64,000 nucleotides of DNA from Nitrospirota bacterium. GTDB lineage: Bacteria > Nitrospirota > Nitrospiria > Nitrospirales > Nitrospiraceae. Shown piece by piece: positions 39,513 to 49,904 of this stretch. The stretch's first letter is position 1; each line of letters opens with the position of its first letter. The notes beneath the pieces are model-generated. The model was not told where the DNA came from and made no database searches. It was given only the letters and a program-made list of their open reading frames with translations. The stretch is taken from positions 352,001 to 416,000 of the forward strand of contig CAVPBK010000009.1 in the NCBI GenBank assembly GCA_963701855.1. Reading direction: 5' to 3'. Both the position numbers and the translations under genes were made by a program.

Positions 39513-40070
39513 ATGGTAGCGCACCCCTCCATCCTCTTGATCGAAGACAGCCCCGGCGAGTGCGAACTGTTTCGCCTGGCACTGATCCAAACCACTTTCG
39601 ATGTCGTCCTCTATACCCAGCATGACGCAGATGCCGCGCTCCACTTCTTACAAGACCGAGTCAGTTATAATCCCAACATCTCCTTCCAATACGCTTCTGG
39701 CGAGACGGCTGGAGTGGGCTCCACTGCGCGCGTCGAACGAGGGCCTTCTGAGGTCGCGCGTTCCGCGAGCAAAGAGACCATGCCAGCTGCCTCGCCCTCC
39801 CTTATCCTGCTCGATCTCAAGCTCGGCCGACGGAATGGTTGCGACTTTTTGATTCGAGTCCGGGCCGATACCCGTCTCTCTGCGATCCCTGTCGTCGTCT
39901 TCACCACATCAGATGACCAGACCGACTTGGCACACTGCTACGCCAACGGCGCGAATGGGTATGTCGTGAAGCCCGGCACGTACGACAAGCTCGTTCACTG
40001 TACCGGCGACATCTGTCGGTATTGGCTGAGATGGAATCGATCCCTCTTAACGGCTGAAACCCGATGCTGA
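39513..40070 (+). CDS. Single-domain response regulator with in-frame repeat insertion
   Basis: IEDS, ILLDLKL, FTTS, GANGYVVKP all present; about 35 extra residues between alpha2 and beta3. Confidence 0.85.
   Translation: MVAHPSILLIEDSPGECELFRLALIQTTFDVVLYTQHDADAALHFLQDRVSYNPNISFQYASGETAGVGSTARVERGPSEVARSASKETMPAASPSLILLDLKLGRRNGCDFLIRVRADTRLSAIPVVVFTTSDDQTDLAHCYANGANGYVVKPGTYDKLVHCTGDICRYWLRWNRSLLTAETRC
39678..39796 (+). repeat. Structured palindromic repeat element, copy B inside the CDS
   Basis: IR GGCGAGACGGCTGG / CCAGCTGCCTCGCC around the shared core; 5' TCCTTCCAATACGCT resembles copy A TCCCTCCAAGCTCGCT. Confidence 0.82.
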
Positions 40071-43000
40071 CCCGCGCTTCGCTCAAAAATCCATACGCCG
40101 TCATCGCGATCAGCCTCATTGTTATCATTCTAGGCGTCGTCTCCTACCAGAAAATGGTGGTGGACATCTTCCCGGAGATCAACATGCCGGTCGTGGCGGT
40201 GGCCACGTTCTATAAAGGCATGGGGCCGTCGGAGGTCGAAGGCGCCATCACATTGCGACTGGAGCAAGCTTTTCTTCAGGCCTCTTACATCGACCACATC
40301 GAGTCTCGTTCCTTGCCCGGTGTCAGTCTCATCAAGATTTACTTCCATTCCTCCTATGACGTAAACGCTGGGCTGGCCGAAATCACCAGCCTCACCTATG
40401 CGAACCTGAAATTTCTGCCGCAAGGGATCTTTCCCCCGATCATCATCAAGTTCGGGGCTGCCAGCTTGCCTATTGCCATCCAGACGACCAGCAGCGAGAC
40501 GATGACGGAGAAGGAAGTGCGGGACCTCGCGTATTTCAACGTACGTCCGCAACTGGGTGGCGTACCAGGAGTCGCGTTCCCAACCACGTTCGGAGGGACG
40601 GTTCGCCAAGTCACGATCTTTCTCGATCCCGAACGCATGCTGGCTCGTGGTGTTTCCACTCACGAGATTGTAAATTCGGTGAACATGCAGAGCGTCCTCC
40701 TGCCGGCTGGGGACGTGAAAATCGGCGACTTCGATTACAACGTCTACACGAATAGCATGATCAAGGTCGTGGACCAAATGAACGACATTCCCATCAAGAT
40801 GGTGAACGGAGTGCCGTTGTTCTTGCGAGATGTGGGGAAAGCCGTGGACTCCACGATGATCCAGACCAACGTAGTACGGATCAATGGCAATAGGGCTGTC
40901 TATCTTCCTATTCTGAAGCAGGCCGGAGCCAACACCATAGCCGTCATCGATGGGATCAAGGAGGTCCTGCCTAAACTGATCAATATTCCGAAGGACCTGG
41001 CGATCAAGTTGTTGTTCGATCAGTCCCTCTATATCCGCCAGGCCATCAAAACACTGGAGCATGAAGGGCTTCTTGGGGGAGGGCTCGCCTGTCTGATGGT
41101 CCTGCTGTTCCTTGGGAGCCTGCGCTCAACCCTCATAGTCGCCATGGCGATTCCACTGTCCATCACGGCCGCTTTCATTGGTCTCTACTTCACCGGCCAC
41201 TCGGTGAACATCATGACGCTCGGCGGATTGGCACTGGCCGTTGGACGGTTAGTCGATGACGCGATTGTCGTCGTCGAAAACTTTCATCGCCATATGGCGA
41301 TGGGAAAGACTTCTTCCCAAGCGGCGGCTGATGCCGTCAACGAAGTGGCTCTCCCCATGCTCATTATCACCATTACGGTCTTCCTCGTCTTCTTGCCCAT
41401 CGCGTTTTTCACGGGCGTGATCAAGTTTTTGTTCGTGCCGCTTGCTCTCGCAGTGGCCTATGCCATGATGGCTTCCTACGTCGTTGCACTGACCCTGGCC
41501 CCTGTTTCGATGGCACGGTTGCTTCGTGACCATGCAAGCCATGCACAGGGAGGGGCTCCTGCCGTGTATCAAGGACGCTTCACCGCGTTCTGGAATCGCC
41601 TCAACATCTTCGACCCATTTGTTGAACGATACGTGCTCCTCCTGCGCTGGTGCTTGGTTCACAAGGTGATCGTGATTGTCACGGTCACGGCAATCTTCGT
41701 CGGCTCCATGTTCATGGCTCCTCTGATGGCGACGGAGTTCTTCCCGAAAGTAGATGCCGGTTCGTTCGTCCTCAACGTCTCGGTTCCTGAGGGCACACGA
41801 ATTGAAAAAACCGAGGCGATCGTGGCCAGGGTCGAGGGGCTCATTCGGGATGCGATTCCCGCGGCAGAGTTGGATCAGATCGTGTCGAACATCGGAGTTC
41901 CGCAGGGCTGGATGGTGCTCTACACACCGGTGAATGGTCCCCATCAGGCCTTCGTGCTCGTGAGTCTGAAGGATGACCATGATGTCCGCACCGATGACAT
42001 CATCATGAAGTTGCGCCAGTCGTTTCGTCGTGAGTTGCCAGGAGTGAAATTCTCCTTCCAGACTGGCGGGATCGTCAGTGATGTGATCAATGCCGGCTTG
42101 CCCGCGCCAATCGATATCAAAGTGAGCGGTCCCAACATGGGGGATCTTGCGGCAACGGCCAACATGGTTCGGGATCTTGTAGCAGCGATTCCCGGCACGG
42201 CAGATGTACAGGTTCGGCAGGGTATGGACTATCCTGAAATTCATCTCGATATCAATCGAGACAAAGCCTCCTTTGTTGGGCTCAATGAGTCTCAGATCGT
42301 GACGGATTTGGTCACCGGGCTCTCGTCAAATGTTACCTTGAACCCCGGCTATTGGATCGATCCCCGGACAAATAATGCCTATTTTGTCGTGACCCAATTT
42401 CCTGAGCAGATCTTGCTGGAGTTCGATGATTTTCTGAACATGCCGCTCGTAGGGACATATGTAGACAAGCCGATGTCGGTCAGTGCCGGTGGTACCAGGC
42501 TCAGGGGCAGTTCATTGGTGCTCACCCAAACACCCTTTCCAGAACAAGTTCGCTTGCCAGGTGTGATCTCGACCGGGGGGAGCCCCGTCCTCCTGCGAGA
42601 TCTGGTGGATGTCGTTCGAAAAGTCGGTCCTGAGACCGTCGATCACTTCAACTTGCAGCGAACGATGGACGTGCTTGTCAGCGTCCCTGGTAACGATCTG
42701 GGGCATATCGCGACTCAGATCGAACAGTCCGTGGCGAAGCTCAAGATTCCGAAGGATGTGGTGCTGACCTTCAAGGGGGAAGTGGACAGTATGCGCGCGG
42801 CGATTTCTGGATTTGCCTGGAATCTGCCGATGGCGATGGTATTGATCTATTTGGTGATGGTGGGGCTGTTTCGTTCCTGGCTCGATCCCTTTGTGGTCAT
42901 GTTTGCCGTCCCGTTGGGATTTATCGGGGTAATCTGGATGTTGCTGCTGACCCATACCTCGGTCAATGTGGAATCGATGATCGGCACCCTGATGATGATC

Positions 43001-43333
43001 GGGATCGTCGTATCTAACAGCGTGCTCCTGGTGGATTTCGCGAATAACAAGTTGCGCGAGGGCATGCCGATCGAGGAGGCCGTTGTGGAGGCGGGGCGTC
43101 TCAGAATCAGGCCCATTCTCATGACGTCACTCGCCACGGTGTTTGGGTTAGCACCGATGGCGCTGGGCATCGGGGAGGGAAGCGAGAGCAATATGCCGCT
43201 CGCGCGCGCTGTGATCGGAGGCTTGACGGTCTCGACGTTTATGACATTACTGTTTATTCCGGTTCTGCACGCGATCGCCCGCCGGCGTTCAGCAGCCGGC
43301 CAGACTGAAACTGAAAGAGGCGAGGTTCGCTGA
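40064..43333 (+). CDS. RND efflux permease (AcrB/CusA superfamily)
   Basis: VDIFPEI, NIMTLGGLALAVGRLVDDAIVVVEN, GIVVSNSVLLVD, RIRPILMTSLAT. Confidence 0.96.
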   Translation: MLTRASLKNPYAVIAISLIVIILGVVSYQKMVVDIFPEINMPVVAVATFYKGMGPSEVEGAITLRLEQAFLQASYIDHIESRSLPGVSLIKIYFHSSYDVNAGLAEITSLTYANLKFLPQGIFPPIIIKFGAASLPIAIQTTSSETMTEKEVRDLAYFNVRPQLGGVPGVAFPTTFGGTVRQVTIFLDPERMLARGVSTHEIVNSVNMQSVLLPAGDVKIGDFDYNVYTNSMIKVVDQMNDIPIKMVNGVPLFLRDVGKAVDSTMIQTNVVRINGNRAVYLPILKQAGANTIAVIDGIKEVLPKLINIPKDLAIKLLFDQSLYIRQAIKTLEHEGLLGGGLACLMVLLFLGSLRSTLIVAMAIPLSITAAFIGLYFTGHSVNIMTLGGLALAVGRLVDDAIVVVENFHRHMAMGKTSSQAAADAVNEVALPMLIITITVFLVFLPIAFFTGVIKFLFVPLALAVAYAMMASYVVALTLAPVSMARLLRDHASHAQGGAPAVYQGRFTAFWNRLNIFDPFVERYVLLLRWCLVHKVIVIVTVTAIFVGSMFMAPLMATEFFPKVDAGSFVLNVSVPEGTRIEKTEAIVARVEGLIRDAIPAAELDQIVSNIGVPQGWMVLYTPVNGPHQAFVLVSLKDDHDVRTDDIIMKLRQSFRRELPGVKFSFQTGGIVSDVINAGLPAPIDIKVSGPNMGDLAATANMVRDLVAAIPGTADVQVRQGMDYPEIHLDINRDKASFVGLNESQIVTDLVTGLSSNVTLNPGYWIDPRTNNAYFVVTQFPEQILLEFDDFLNMPLVGTYVDKPMSVSAGGTRLRGSSLVLTQTPFPEQVRLPGVISTGGSPVLLRDLVDVVRKVGPETVDHFNLQRTMDVLVSVPGNDLGHIATQIEQSVAKLKIPKDVVLTFKGEVDSMRAAISGFAWNLPMAMVLIYLVMVGLFRSWLDPFVVMFAVPLGFIGVIWMLLLTHTSVNVESMIGTLMMIGIVVSNSVLLVDFANNKLREGMPIEEAVVEAGRLRIRPILMTSLATVFGLAPMALGIGEGSESNMPLARAVIGGLTVSTFMTLLFIPVLHAIARRRSAAGQTETERGEVR

Positions 43334-43389
43334 ATGGAGTAGTCATGGAGGGATCATGTATGCTTGCTGAGGGAGCTTCGTGGGGGGAT

Positions 43390-44535
43390 ATGACACAGAC
43401 GTCGCGGGTCAAAATCGTCCTAATGGTTGCCGCGGGGCTCTTTCTTCTTGCGGCAGCCTTGATGATAATCCAGGGCCAGTACCCGACAGTGTCCGCACCC
43501 AATACAGATCGGGACTCGGCTCAGTCTTCTGCCCACCAGGTCCAAGTATTGAAAGTGCAACGGCGCGACATTAGCCAGACCCTGACTCTGCCGGCAAATA
43601 TCTCTCCTTGGTACCAAGCCACATTGTACGGAAAGGTCTCTGGCTATGTTAAATGGATCGGCTTCGACAAGGGCGATGTCGTGAAGCAGGGGCAGTTGCT
43701 GGCCGTATTAGATGCGCCCGAGATCGAAGACCAATACAAGCAGGCTGATGCCGATTACCAAATCAAGAAAGTCACGTATGAGCGGTACCTGAGCGTCTGG
43801 CAGGATAATCACGATATCATCGCCAAGCAGGATGTGGATGTGGCCAAAGCCGCGGCTGAATCGGCGAAACATCAGCGAGACAGCCGCCGCACCTTACTGG
43901 AGTACACCAAAGTCTATGCTCCGTTTCCAGGCGTGATCACGGCTCGGTTTGCTGATCCAGGCGCACTCATCCAGTCGGCGACCGGTTCGGCAACGCAAGC
44001 GGCGCCGCTGTTCACGATCATGGATATGGATAGCGTCAGGATCTATGTGAATGCCCCGCAGGAAGCTGCACAGTTGGCGAAACCAGGGCTTCCCGTGACG
44101 ATGACCGCACGTGAATGGTCTGAAGAATTGCAGGCTTCGATCACTCGGACCACCGAGGCCCTGGATCCAGCCACCAGAACATTGCTGGTCGAAATCGATG
44201 TGCCGAACAAAGACCATCGGCTGCAGCCTGGGATGTTCGTCAAGGTGGCGCTCCATCTGCAGCAACATCCGAACGCACTGGCGATTTCTCCCGCCTCCGT
44301 TGTTCCGAGCAAAAACGGACAGGAGAAATCTGTGTTCGTAATCGATTCCGGCAAGGCCAAACTCGTTCCCGTGAAAGCCGGCATTGATGACGGGATCTGG
44401 GTGGAAGTGGTGGAAGGACTGACCGGCGAAGAAGAAGTGGTCGTCGTCGGCAAAAACGGGTTGGTCGATGGGCAGACGGTTCAATCGTCCCCTTACAACC
44501 TTCCAAACGGCAAAGCAGCCAAGCAGAAAATGTAA
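43390..44535 (+). CDS. RND periplasmic adaptor (MFP)
   Basis: KVSGYV..DKGDVVKQGQLLA, YAPFPGVITAR, DPATRTL, LQPGMF. Confidence 0.94.
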   Translation: MTQTSRVKIVLMVAAGLFLLAAALMIIQGQYPTVSAPNTDRDSAQSSAHQVQVLKVQRRDISQTLTLPANISPWYQATLYGKVSGYVKWIGFDKGDVVKQGQLLAVLDAPEIEDQYKQADADYQIKKVTYERYLSVWQDNHDIIAKQDVDVAKAAAESAKHQRDSRRTLLEYTKVYAPFPGVITARFADPGALIQSATGSATQAAPLFTIMDMDSVRIYVNAPQEAAQLAKPGLPVTMTAREWSEELQASITRTTEALDPATRTLLVEIDVPNKDHRLQPGMFVKVALHLQQHPNALAISPASVVPSKNGQEKSVFVIDSGKAKLVPVKAGIDDGIWVEVVEGLTGEEEVVVVGKNGLVDGQTVQSSPYNLPNGKAAKQKM

Positions 44536-44581
44536 CATTCACAGAGGGAACGGTCGAGACGTTTTCCGGAGGCGACCCCTC

Positions 44582-46003
44582 ATGCAACAGTCCATCACCA
44601 AAATTTTAATTATCGCACTTATTGCGGGCAGCTCCCATGTCGGTCTCGCACAATCAAGGGAACAGTCGCCATCGGCGGAACCAACTGTATCTCGTCCTGC
44701 CGTAAAACCTGCCGGCTCTCTGCTGCCGCTCGATGAAGCCATCAAAACCGGTCTTGCCACCCATCCGCTGATCGAGCGTTCGCGCTATAGCTTACTCCTT
44801 ACAAAGGCTCTGACCCGTCAAACGCAAGGTGAACGCTATCCCTGGCTTGAAGCCTCCCTCGCCGGAAGCAGCGGTTCTATGCGCATTGTGACAACTGATG
44901 GCAAAGCGATTCACGATCGTGGTGGGCATGGGTTCGATCCGGGCGGCGCGCTCGCGCATCATAACCAGAACATGTTGTCCGGCGGGTTCATGCTCAATCA
45001 ATTGATCTCGGATTTTGGCTACACCGCTCATCGCATTCTCGCAACCGAGGCCAATGAAGCAGCCAGTGAAAAAGAAATTCTGACGAACAAAGCCTTCGTC
45101 ATCCTCAATGTTCAAAGGGCCTATCTCAACTGTTTGCTTCAGAAGAGTTTGGTGACGATCGCGGCTGAGACGGTCAAGCAGCGGCAAGCCGTCCGTGATC
45201 AAGTGCAGGCGCTGTATAAACATCAACTCAAATCGAAAGTCGATCTGGACTTGATGTTGGTGGAAGTCTCGAATGCTGAGCTCTCGCTGATCAAAGCGAA
45301 GAATGAGATCAAACAGTCTTTTGCTGCCTTGAACAACGCGATGGGCATCGAAGGCCCGGACCAGTACGAACTGGAACAAATCCCTATTCGCGTGACTCCA
45401 AGCCAAGCGGTCGACACATTGGTTGCCACCGGGCTCAGCGACCGGCCAGAGCTCCTAGGCAATCGGGACCGTCTGGTCGCCACCGAAGAATTGCTCAAGG
45501 CGGTCAAGGCCTTGAATTTTGGTTCCCTCTCTGCCGTCGGCTCGATCGGCATGACCAAATACGGCGATGTGCATGATAGTGGCATTCCTTCCGATGGCGT
45601 AGCCCCGTTTTGGGGGTATGGCGCCACGATGAAGTTCCCTCTCTTCACAGGATTCAGGATTCAGAGTCAAATCAAAGAGGCCAGCTACCGCAAAGGGGAA
45701 ACGGAAGAAGAACTCCAGAGCCTCGCGAATGAGATCGTCTTGCAGATTGTTCGGGCCTATCTCACCAAGACGACGAATGCCGAGCAAATCGCACTCGAGC
45801 AGGAGCGCGTGACCTTTTCGAAAGAGGCGTTGCTGCTGTCACAAGAGCGCTACCGCCTTGGCTTGAGCCCGATCGTAGAGGTCATCCGCGCGACGGCCGT
45901 GTTGTTCGAATCCGAATCTCGCTTGGCGGAAGCCCGGTATATCTATAAAACCAGTGAGTCAGTGGTCGCCTATGCTACAGGCCAAGAGTACAAACGCTTC
46001 TAG
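44582..46003 (+). CDS. TolC-family outer-membrane protein 1
   Basis: QLISDFG, VQRAY, LNNAMG, RPEL, PLFTGF, ERYRLGL. Confidence 0.9.
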   Translation: MQQSITKILIIALIAGSSHVGLAQSREQSPSAEPTVSRPAVKPAGSLLPLDEAIKTGLATHPLIERSRYSLLLTKALTRQTQGERYPWLEASLAGSSGSMRIVTTDGKAIHDRGGHGFDPGGALAHHNQNMLSGGFMLNQLISDFGYTAHRILATEANEAASEKEILTNKAFVILNVQRAYLNCLLQKSLVTIAAETVKQRQAVRDQVQALYKHQLKSKVDLDLMLVEVSNAELSLIKAKNEIKQSFAALNNAMGIEGPDQYELEQIPIRVTPSQAVDTLVATGLSDRPELLGNRDRLVATEELLKAVKALNFGSLSAVGSIGMTKYGDVHDSGIPSDGVAPFWGYGATMKFPLFTGFRIQSQIKEASYRKGETEEELQSLANEIVLQIVRAYLTKTTNAEQIALEQERVTFSKEALLLSQERYRLGLSPIVEVIRATAVLFESESRLAEARYIYKTSESVVAYATGQEYKRF

Positions 46004-47360
46004 ATGCCTGGCCTGTGTGCTGGTCATCATTACGTGGGGGGTGAACACTTCGCTCGCCGCGGAGCAGATGTCACCCCGTCCCATGTCTGCGGCCGGCACT
46101 CCATTGAGCTGGGAGCAGGCGATTCGAACAGCACTTGAGAAACAGCCGCTCATCAAAATGGCGGAGCATGAGGCCCTGGAATCCCATGCCCTGGTCAAGC
46201 AGATCGAATCAGCCAATTATCCACAAGTAAGCGGCATTGTCTCAAGTACTGCCGGAAACACCAGAGTCCTGGGCAACCTCGGGATCTCAGGCTCACTGCC
46301 AAAACCCACCAACTACCTGACGACTCCCGGCATTCGCGCAGATTACCTCATCACGGACTTCGGTCAGACGGCTCATCGAATTCTCTCTCAGAAGTCGCTC
46401 GCAGCGTCCGCCGAGAAAGCCGTGTTGACTGCCAAAGCACTCACTATCTTGAGCGTGGAGCAGGCCTATCTCAATTGCCTGAAGCAGCAGCGGCTCGTGG
46501 ACATCTCCCGCGAAGTCTTGAATGAACGCGAGTTGATCCGACAACAGACGGAGACGTTCTACCGACGGCAATTGCGATCCAAGTTGGACTTGGATTTTGC
46601 ATCGGTCGAGGCTAATCGGGCAGAAGTGCTGTTGATCAAGGCTCAGAACAACCTTGTATTGGCATTTGCCGCACTGAATACTGCCATGGGTCTGCAGGGT
46701 CCCGGGGACTACCTCTTGGAACAGGCGGTCCTCGTAGTCACGTCTAGCGCAAGTCCTGAATCACTGGTTCAGGACGCGCTGAATCAGCGACCGGAGTTGC
46801 TCGGAAGCAAAGACCGTATACAGGCGGCGGAAGAGGCGCTGCAGGCAGCCAAGGCCCTTCGCTTCGGATCGGTGACCGGGATCGGCACCATGGCCTACAC
46901 CTGGTGGGGCCATGAGGAACGACCCAGCGGAAAAGACGTCAGCAATCCCGGCGCAAAACTGGGATGGTACGGACTTGGCGGGACCAGTTCATTCCCCTTA
47001 TATACCGGCGGCCGCATTGAAGGCCAAATCGAAGAGGCCGATGCCCGGAAAGGCGAGACCCAGGCCACCACTCGATCGATCACCAACGATATCGTGCTGC
47101 AAGTCGCGCAAGCCTATCTCAGCCGGCTGACCGCCGAACAGCAGATTAAGGTTTCGGAAGAGAAGGTCGCCCACGCGCGCGAAGCACTGACCCTCGCTCG
47201 CGAGCGGTACAAAGCCAGCCTGGGCTCTATCCTCGATGTGACGACCGCGACGACCGATCTCTTGAGCGCCGAGGTTGGGCTCGCAGATGCACAGTATGAC
47301 TATCGAGCCAGTGAAGCCGCGCTCGCTTACGCGACAGGAGTTGAATATGCGCGATATTGA
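45954..47360 (+). CDS. TolC-family outer-membrane protein 2
   Basis: YLITDFG, VEQAY, LNTAMG, RPEL, PLYTGG, ERYKASL. Start uncertain. Confidence 0.9.
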   Translation: MSQWSPMLQAKSTNASRCLACVLVIITWGVNTSLAAEQMSPRPMSAAGTPLSWEQAIRTALEKQPLIKMAEHEALESHALVKQIESANYPQVSGIVSSTAGNTRVLGNLGISGSLPKPTNYLTTPGIRADYLITDFGQTAHRILSQKSLAASAEKAVLTAKALTILSVEQAYLNCLKQQRLVDISREVLNERELIRQQTETFYRRQLRSKLDLDFASVEANRAEVLLIKAQNNLVLAFAALNTAMGLQGPGDYLLEQAVLVVTSSASPESLVQDALNQRPELLGSKDRIQAAEEALQAAKALRFGSVTGIGTMAYTWWGHEERPSGKDVSNPGAKLGWYGLGGTSSFPLYTGGRIEGQIEEADARKGETQATTRSITNDIVLQVAQAYLSRLTAEQQIKVSEEKVAHAREALTLARERYKASLGSILDVTTATTDLLSAEVGLADAQYDYRASEAALAYATGVEYARY

Positions 47361-48786
47361 CTCCACGCGATGGCAGATCGCACGTCGGTTCTCTTGGTGT
47401 CTATGGTGCGTGCTGGTCTTTGCTCTTGTATCCGGCGGAACCTGCTGGTCGGCGGAGCGTGCTTCTGAGGGCCCTGCACAGCCGCTCGCGTACCCGCCAT
47501 CGCCGCATGTTCCTTTATCGAAGGGAGCCTTTCTGGGATACGAGTCCGCGATTCGCATCAGTCTTGATCGTCATCCGCTGCTTCGTCGATCGAAGCAGAC
47601 TGCTCTCGCCGCGGAGGCAGTCACGGATCAGGCGGCGGCTCGCTACTACCCGGAATTGAATGCCTATGCGATTCAGACCGGAGGGACCGTTCGTCCGCTC
47701 AGCGCGTTCAACGTGGGTGGGGCACAGAATAAGCCGACCTCCTACGTGGAAAGTGCGGGATTTCGGGCGGACCAGCTGATTTACGATTTCGGTCAAACTG
47801 CGCACAAAGTGCTGGCGGAGCGGGCTGGCCAGGAGGCGACTGAAAAAGATATCCAGACACACAAGGCGACGGTGATTCTGAGGGTGCAACAAGCCTATAT
47901 CCACTGCCTCCGACAAAAGCGCCTCATCGACATTGCAGAAGAAACCGTGCGGGAACGTGGAGTCCTGCGTGACCAAGTAGCAACTTTGTATAAGCGGGAG
48001 TTGAAGTCCAAACTCGACTTCGACTTCATGTCGGTCGAGCTCAGGAATGCCGAGATTCAGTTGCTCCAAGCCAAGAACGAACTCCGGGCTGCGTTCGCAG
48101 GACTCAACAACGCCATGGGAATCCGGGGCTCAGAAGACTACACCTTGGAGGATCTCCCTACCGCCTCTTCGTCGTCGAGCACACTGGAAACACTGATCAC
48201 TCAGGCACTGGGGGATCGCCCGGAATTACTCGCCACAGAGGATCGGATCACACAGGCGGATGAACGACTCAGTTCGGCCCACGCCTCGAACCTTCCCACG
48301 ATCGCAGCCCAAGGAATGTCGGGCGTTATCCACTTCAGTGATGCCCCGCTGAACCAATATGCCGGTTCACATCCAGGGCAAACCAATCTGTGGTGGGGTG
48401 CAGGAGCCATGGTCTCCATGCCCATATTTACTGGATTTCTGATCGAGAACCGCGTGGCTGAAGCGCGACAACAAAAGTACAAGGCTGAGCAGCGGAAGGT
48501 CGATCTGTCAAACAGAATTGCGTTGGAGGTGATGGAGGCCTACCTGACACTGCAAACGGCCCGGCAACAGATTACCGTCGAGGAGAAGGAAGTTGAGTCA
48601 GCACGCAGTGCGCTCACCTTGGCCAAGGAACGATATCGGCTGGGGCTGTCTTCCATTGTCGATGTCACCACGGCGACCACGGCTCTTTTGCTGTCTGAAG
48701 TTCGACTGTCCGAAGCACGATATGCCGTTCAGGTTGGCATCGCGGCCGTTGCCTTCGCCACCGGGATAGGGTATCAGCAGTTTTGA
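47347..48786 (+). CDS. TolC-family outer-membrane protein 3
   Basis: QLIYDFG, VQQAY, LNNAMG, RPEL, PIFTGF, ERYRLGL. Confidence 0.9.
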   Translation: MRDIDSTRWQIARRFSWCLWCVLVFALVSGGTCWSAERASEGPAQPLAYPPSPHVPLSKGAFLGYESAIRISLDRHPLLRRSKQTALAAEAVTDQAAARYYPELNAYAIQTGGTVRPLSAFNVGGAQNKPTSYVESAGFRADQLIYDFGQTAHKVLAERAGQEATEKDIQTHKATVILRVQQAYIHCLRQKRLIDIAEETVRERGVLRDQVATLYKRELKSKLDFDFMSVELRNAEIQLLQAKNELRAAFAGLNNAMGIRGSEDYTLEDLPTASSSSSTLETLITQALGDRPELLATEDRITQADERLSSAHASNLPTIAAQGMSGVIHFSDAPLNQYAGSHPGQTNLWWGAGAMVSMPIFTGFLIENRVAEARQQKYKAEQRKVDLSNRIALEVMEAYLTLQTARQQITVEEKEVESARSALTLAKERYRLGLSSIVDVTTATTALLLSEVRLSEARYAVQVGIAAVAFATGIGYQQF

Positions 48787-48891
48787 CCAGCGAGTCCAGC
48801 TGGGTGATTCACCAAGTTCGTACAAGCCGAACATGAACATAGAGAATCAACCGTACCCACCTTGTTATGAGCATCCTGGTGCTGGGATGAC

Positions 48892-49537
48892 GTGTCTATG
48901 GGGAGCGAGAAGCCGGTGAACTGGATAGGCGACCGGTTGAATGCAAGCATCTCGCGCATTATGGGCGTGTTAGGTGGAGTTGTGGTGACCGGCATTGTGC
49001 TGGTCCTTCTGGCCATCGCATCGGTGAACGTAGTTGATACCCTCGTGATTGAGCGGGCCGCCGCGCAAGACCGTCTGGATGCGTTTCTGCGAGCGGCAAC
49101 AGCCATAAGCCGCATCGTTGGAAACACAGGCGGCGATCTTCGCGACGTGCAAGCCGTGAACACGGCCTTCGTGGACATCATGGAGTTGCGTCCCGGCCTC
49201 CGGCATCTGAGTGTCTACGATGTCTCGGGTGATCCCGGCCCGCTGGTCACGAGCACAAATCCGAGAGACGCTCCCACGATGTTGAGCGATCAGGATCGGA
49301 TCTCCGTGCGGGCTGGACGGGCCGTGACCAGATTTGACGATGGGCCGGGATGGGGAGATGGTGCCTGGTACGGACCATGGGCTTGGAGGGGGCTATGGAG
49401 GGGCCATGGCGGTACCGTCCGATCTCAAAGTTAAAGCATGGTCAAGAACAGGAAAGAACCTAGACCTTCCGGGCGGGGGATCATGGCAGATTTCTGTGAT
49501 TCGGTACACGGACTTCGAGGAATCCGCATCCACGTGA
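48892..49537 (+). pseudogene. Chimeric remnant: membrane-sensor-like N-terminus joined to a lipoprotein C-terminal fragment
   Basis: TM plus periplasmic-like segment switches abruptly to GPGWGDGAWYGPW, then GGYGGAMAVP..VIRYTD in a shifted frame, matching the tail of 49905-50530. Confidence 0.5.
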
Positions 49538-49564
49538 CGATCGAGAGCGAAGAAGGTGATGAAC

Positions 49565-49838
49565 ATGTCGGCGCCACATAAGTTCGATCTGGTCTATACC
49601 GGGAGCGGGCCGGCCAGCCAGCGATCGGCGATTTCATCGGCGAAGATGGGGAAGCGTATCGCGGTCGTTGAATGGAGACGCTTTTTCGGTGTCCATGCGA
49701 TTGGAACCGGTGCAACCAAGGTCATTCACATAGGGCAAGCGATGCTCGATCTGGATGGCGGGACGAATCATTTTCTGCGCACTGTGTTCAACTACCCGAC
49801 GTTGACCGAGTGCTACAAGGTGGCAGCGCTGGATGCGT
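49565..49838 (+). pseudogene. Internally deleted sthA remnant
   Basis: GSGPASQRSAISSAKMGKRIAVVE joined directly to GVHAIGTGAT..VFNYPTLTECYKVAALDA; about 370 aa missing relative to 52467-53879. Confidence 0.88.
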
Positions 49839-49904
49839 CACTACACTGTCGCCGTACCACAGGGGCATCAGGCTTGAACGCGGGAAGGAGTGGTGAGTTC
49901 CAGG

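Noticed and set aside
40130..42244. Long antisense ORFs (310 and 331 aa), also 22188-23045 and 58814-59707
   Set aside because: Shadow frames of well-supported genes in GC-rich DNA.
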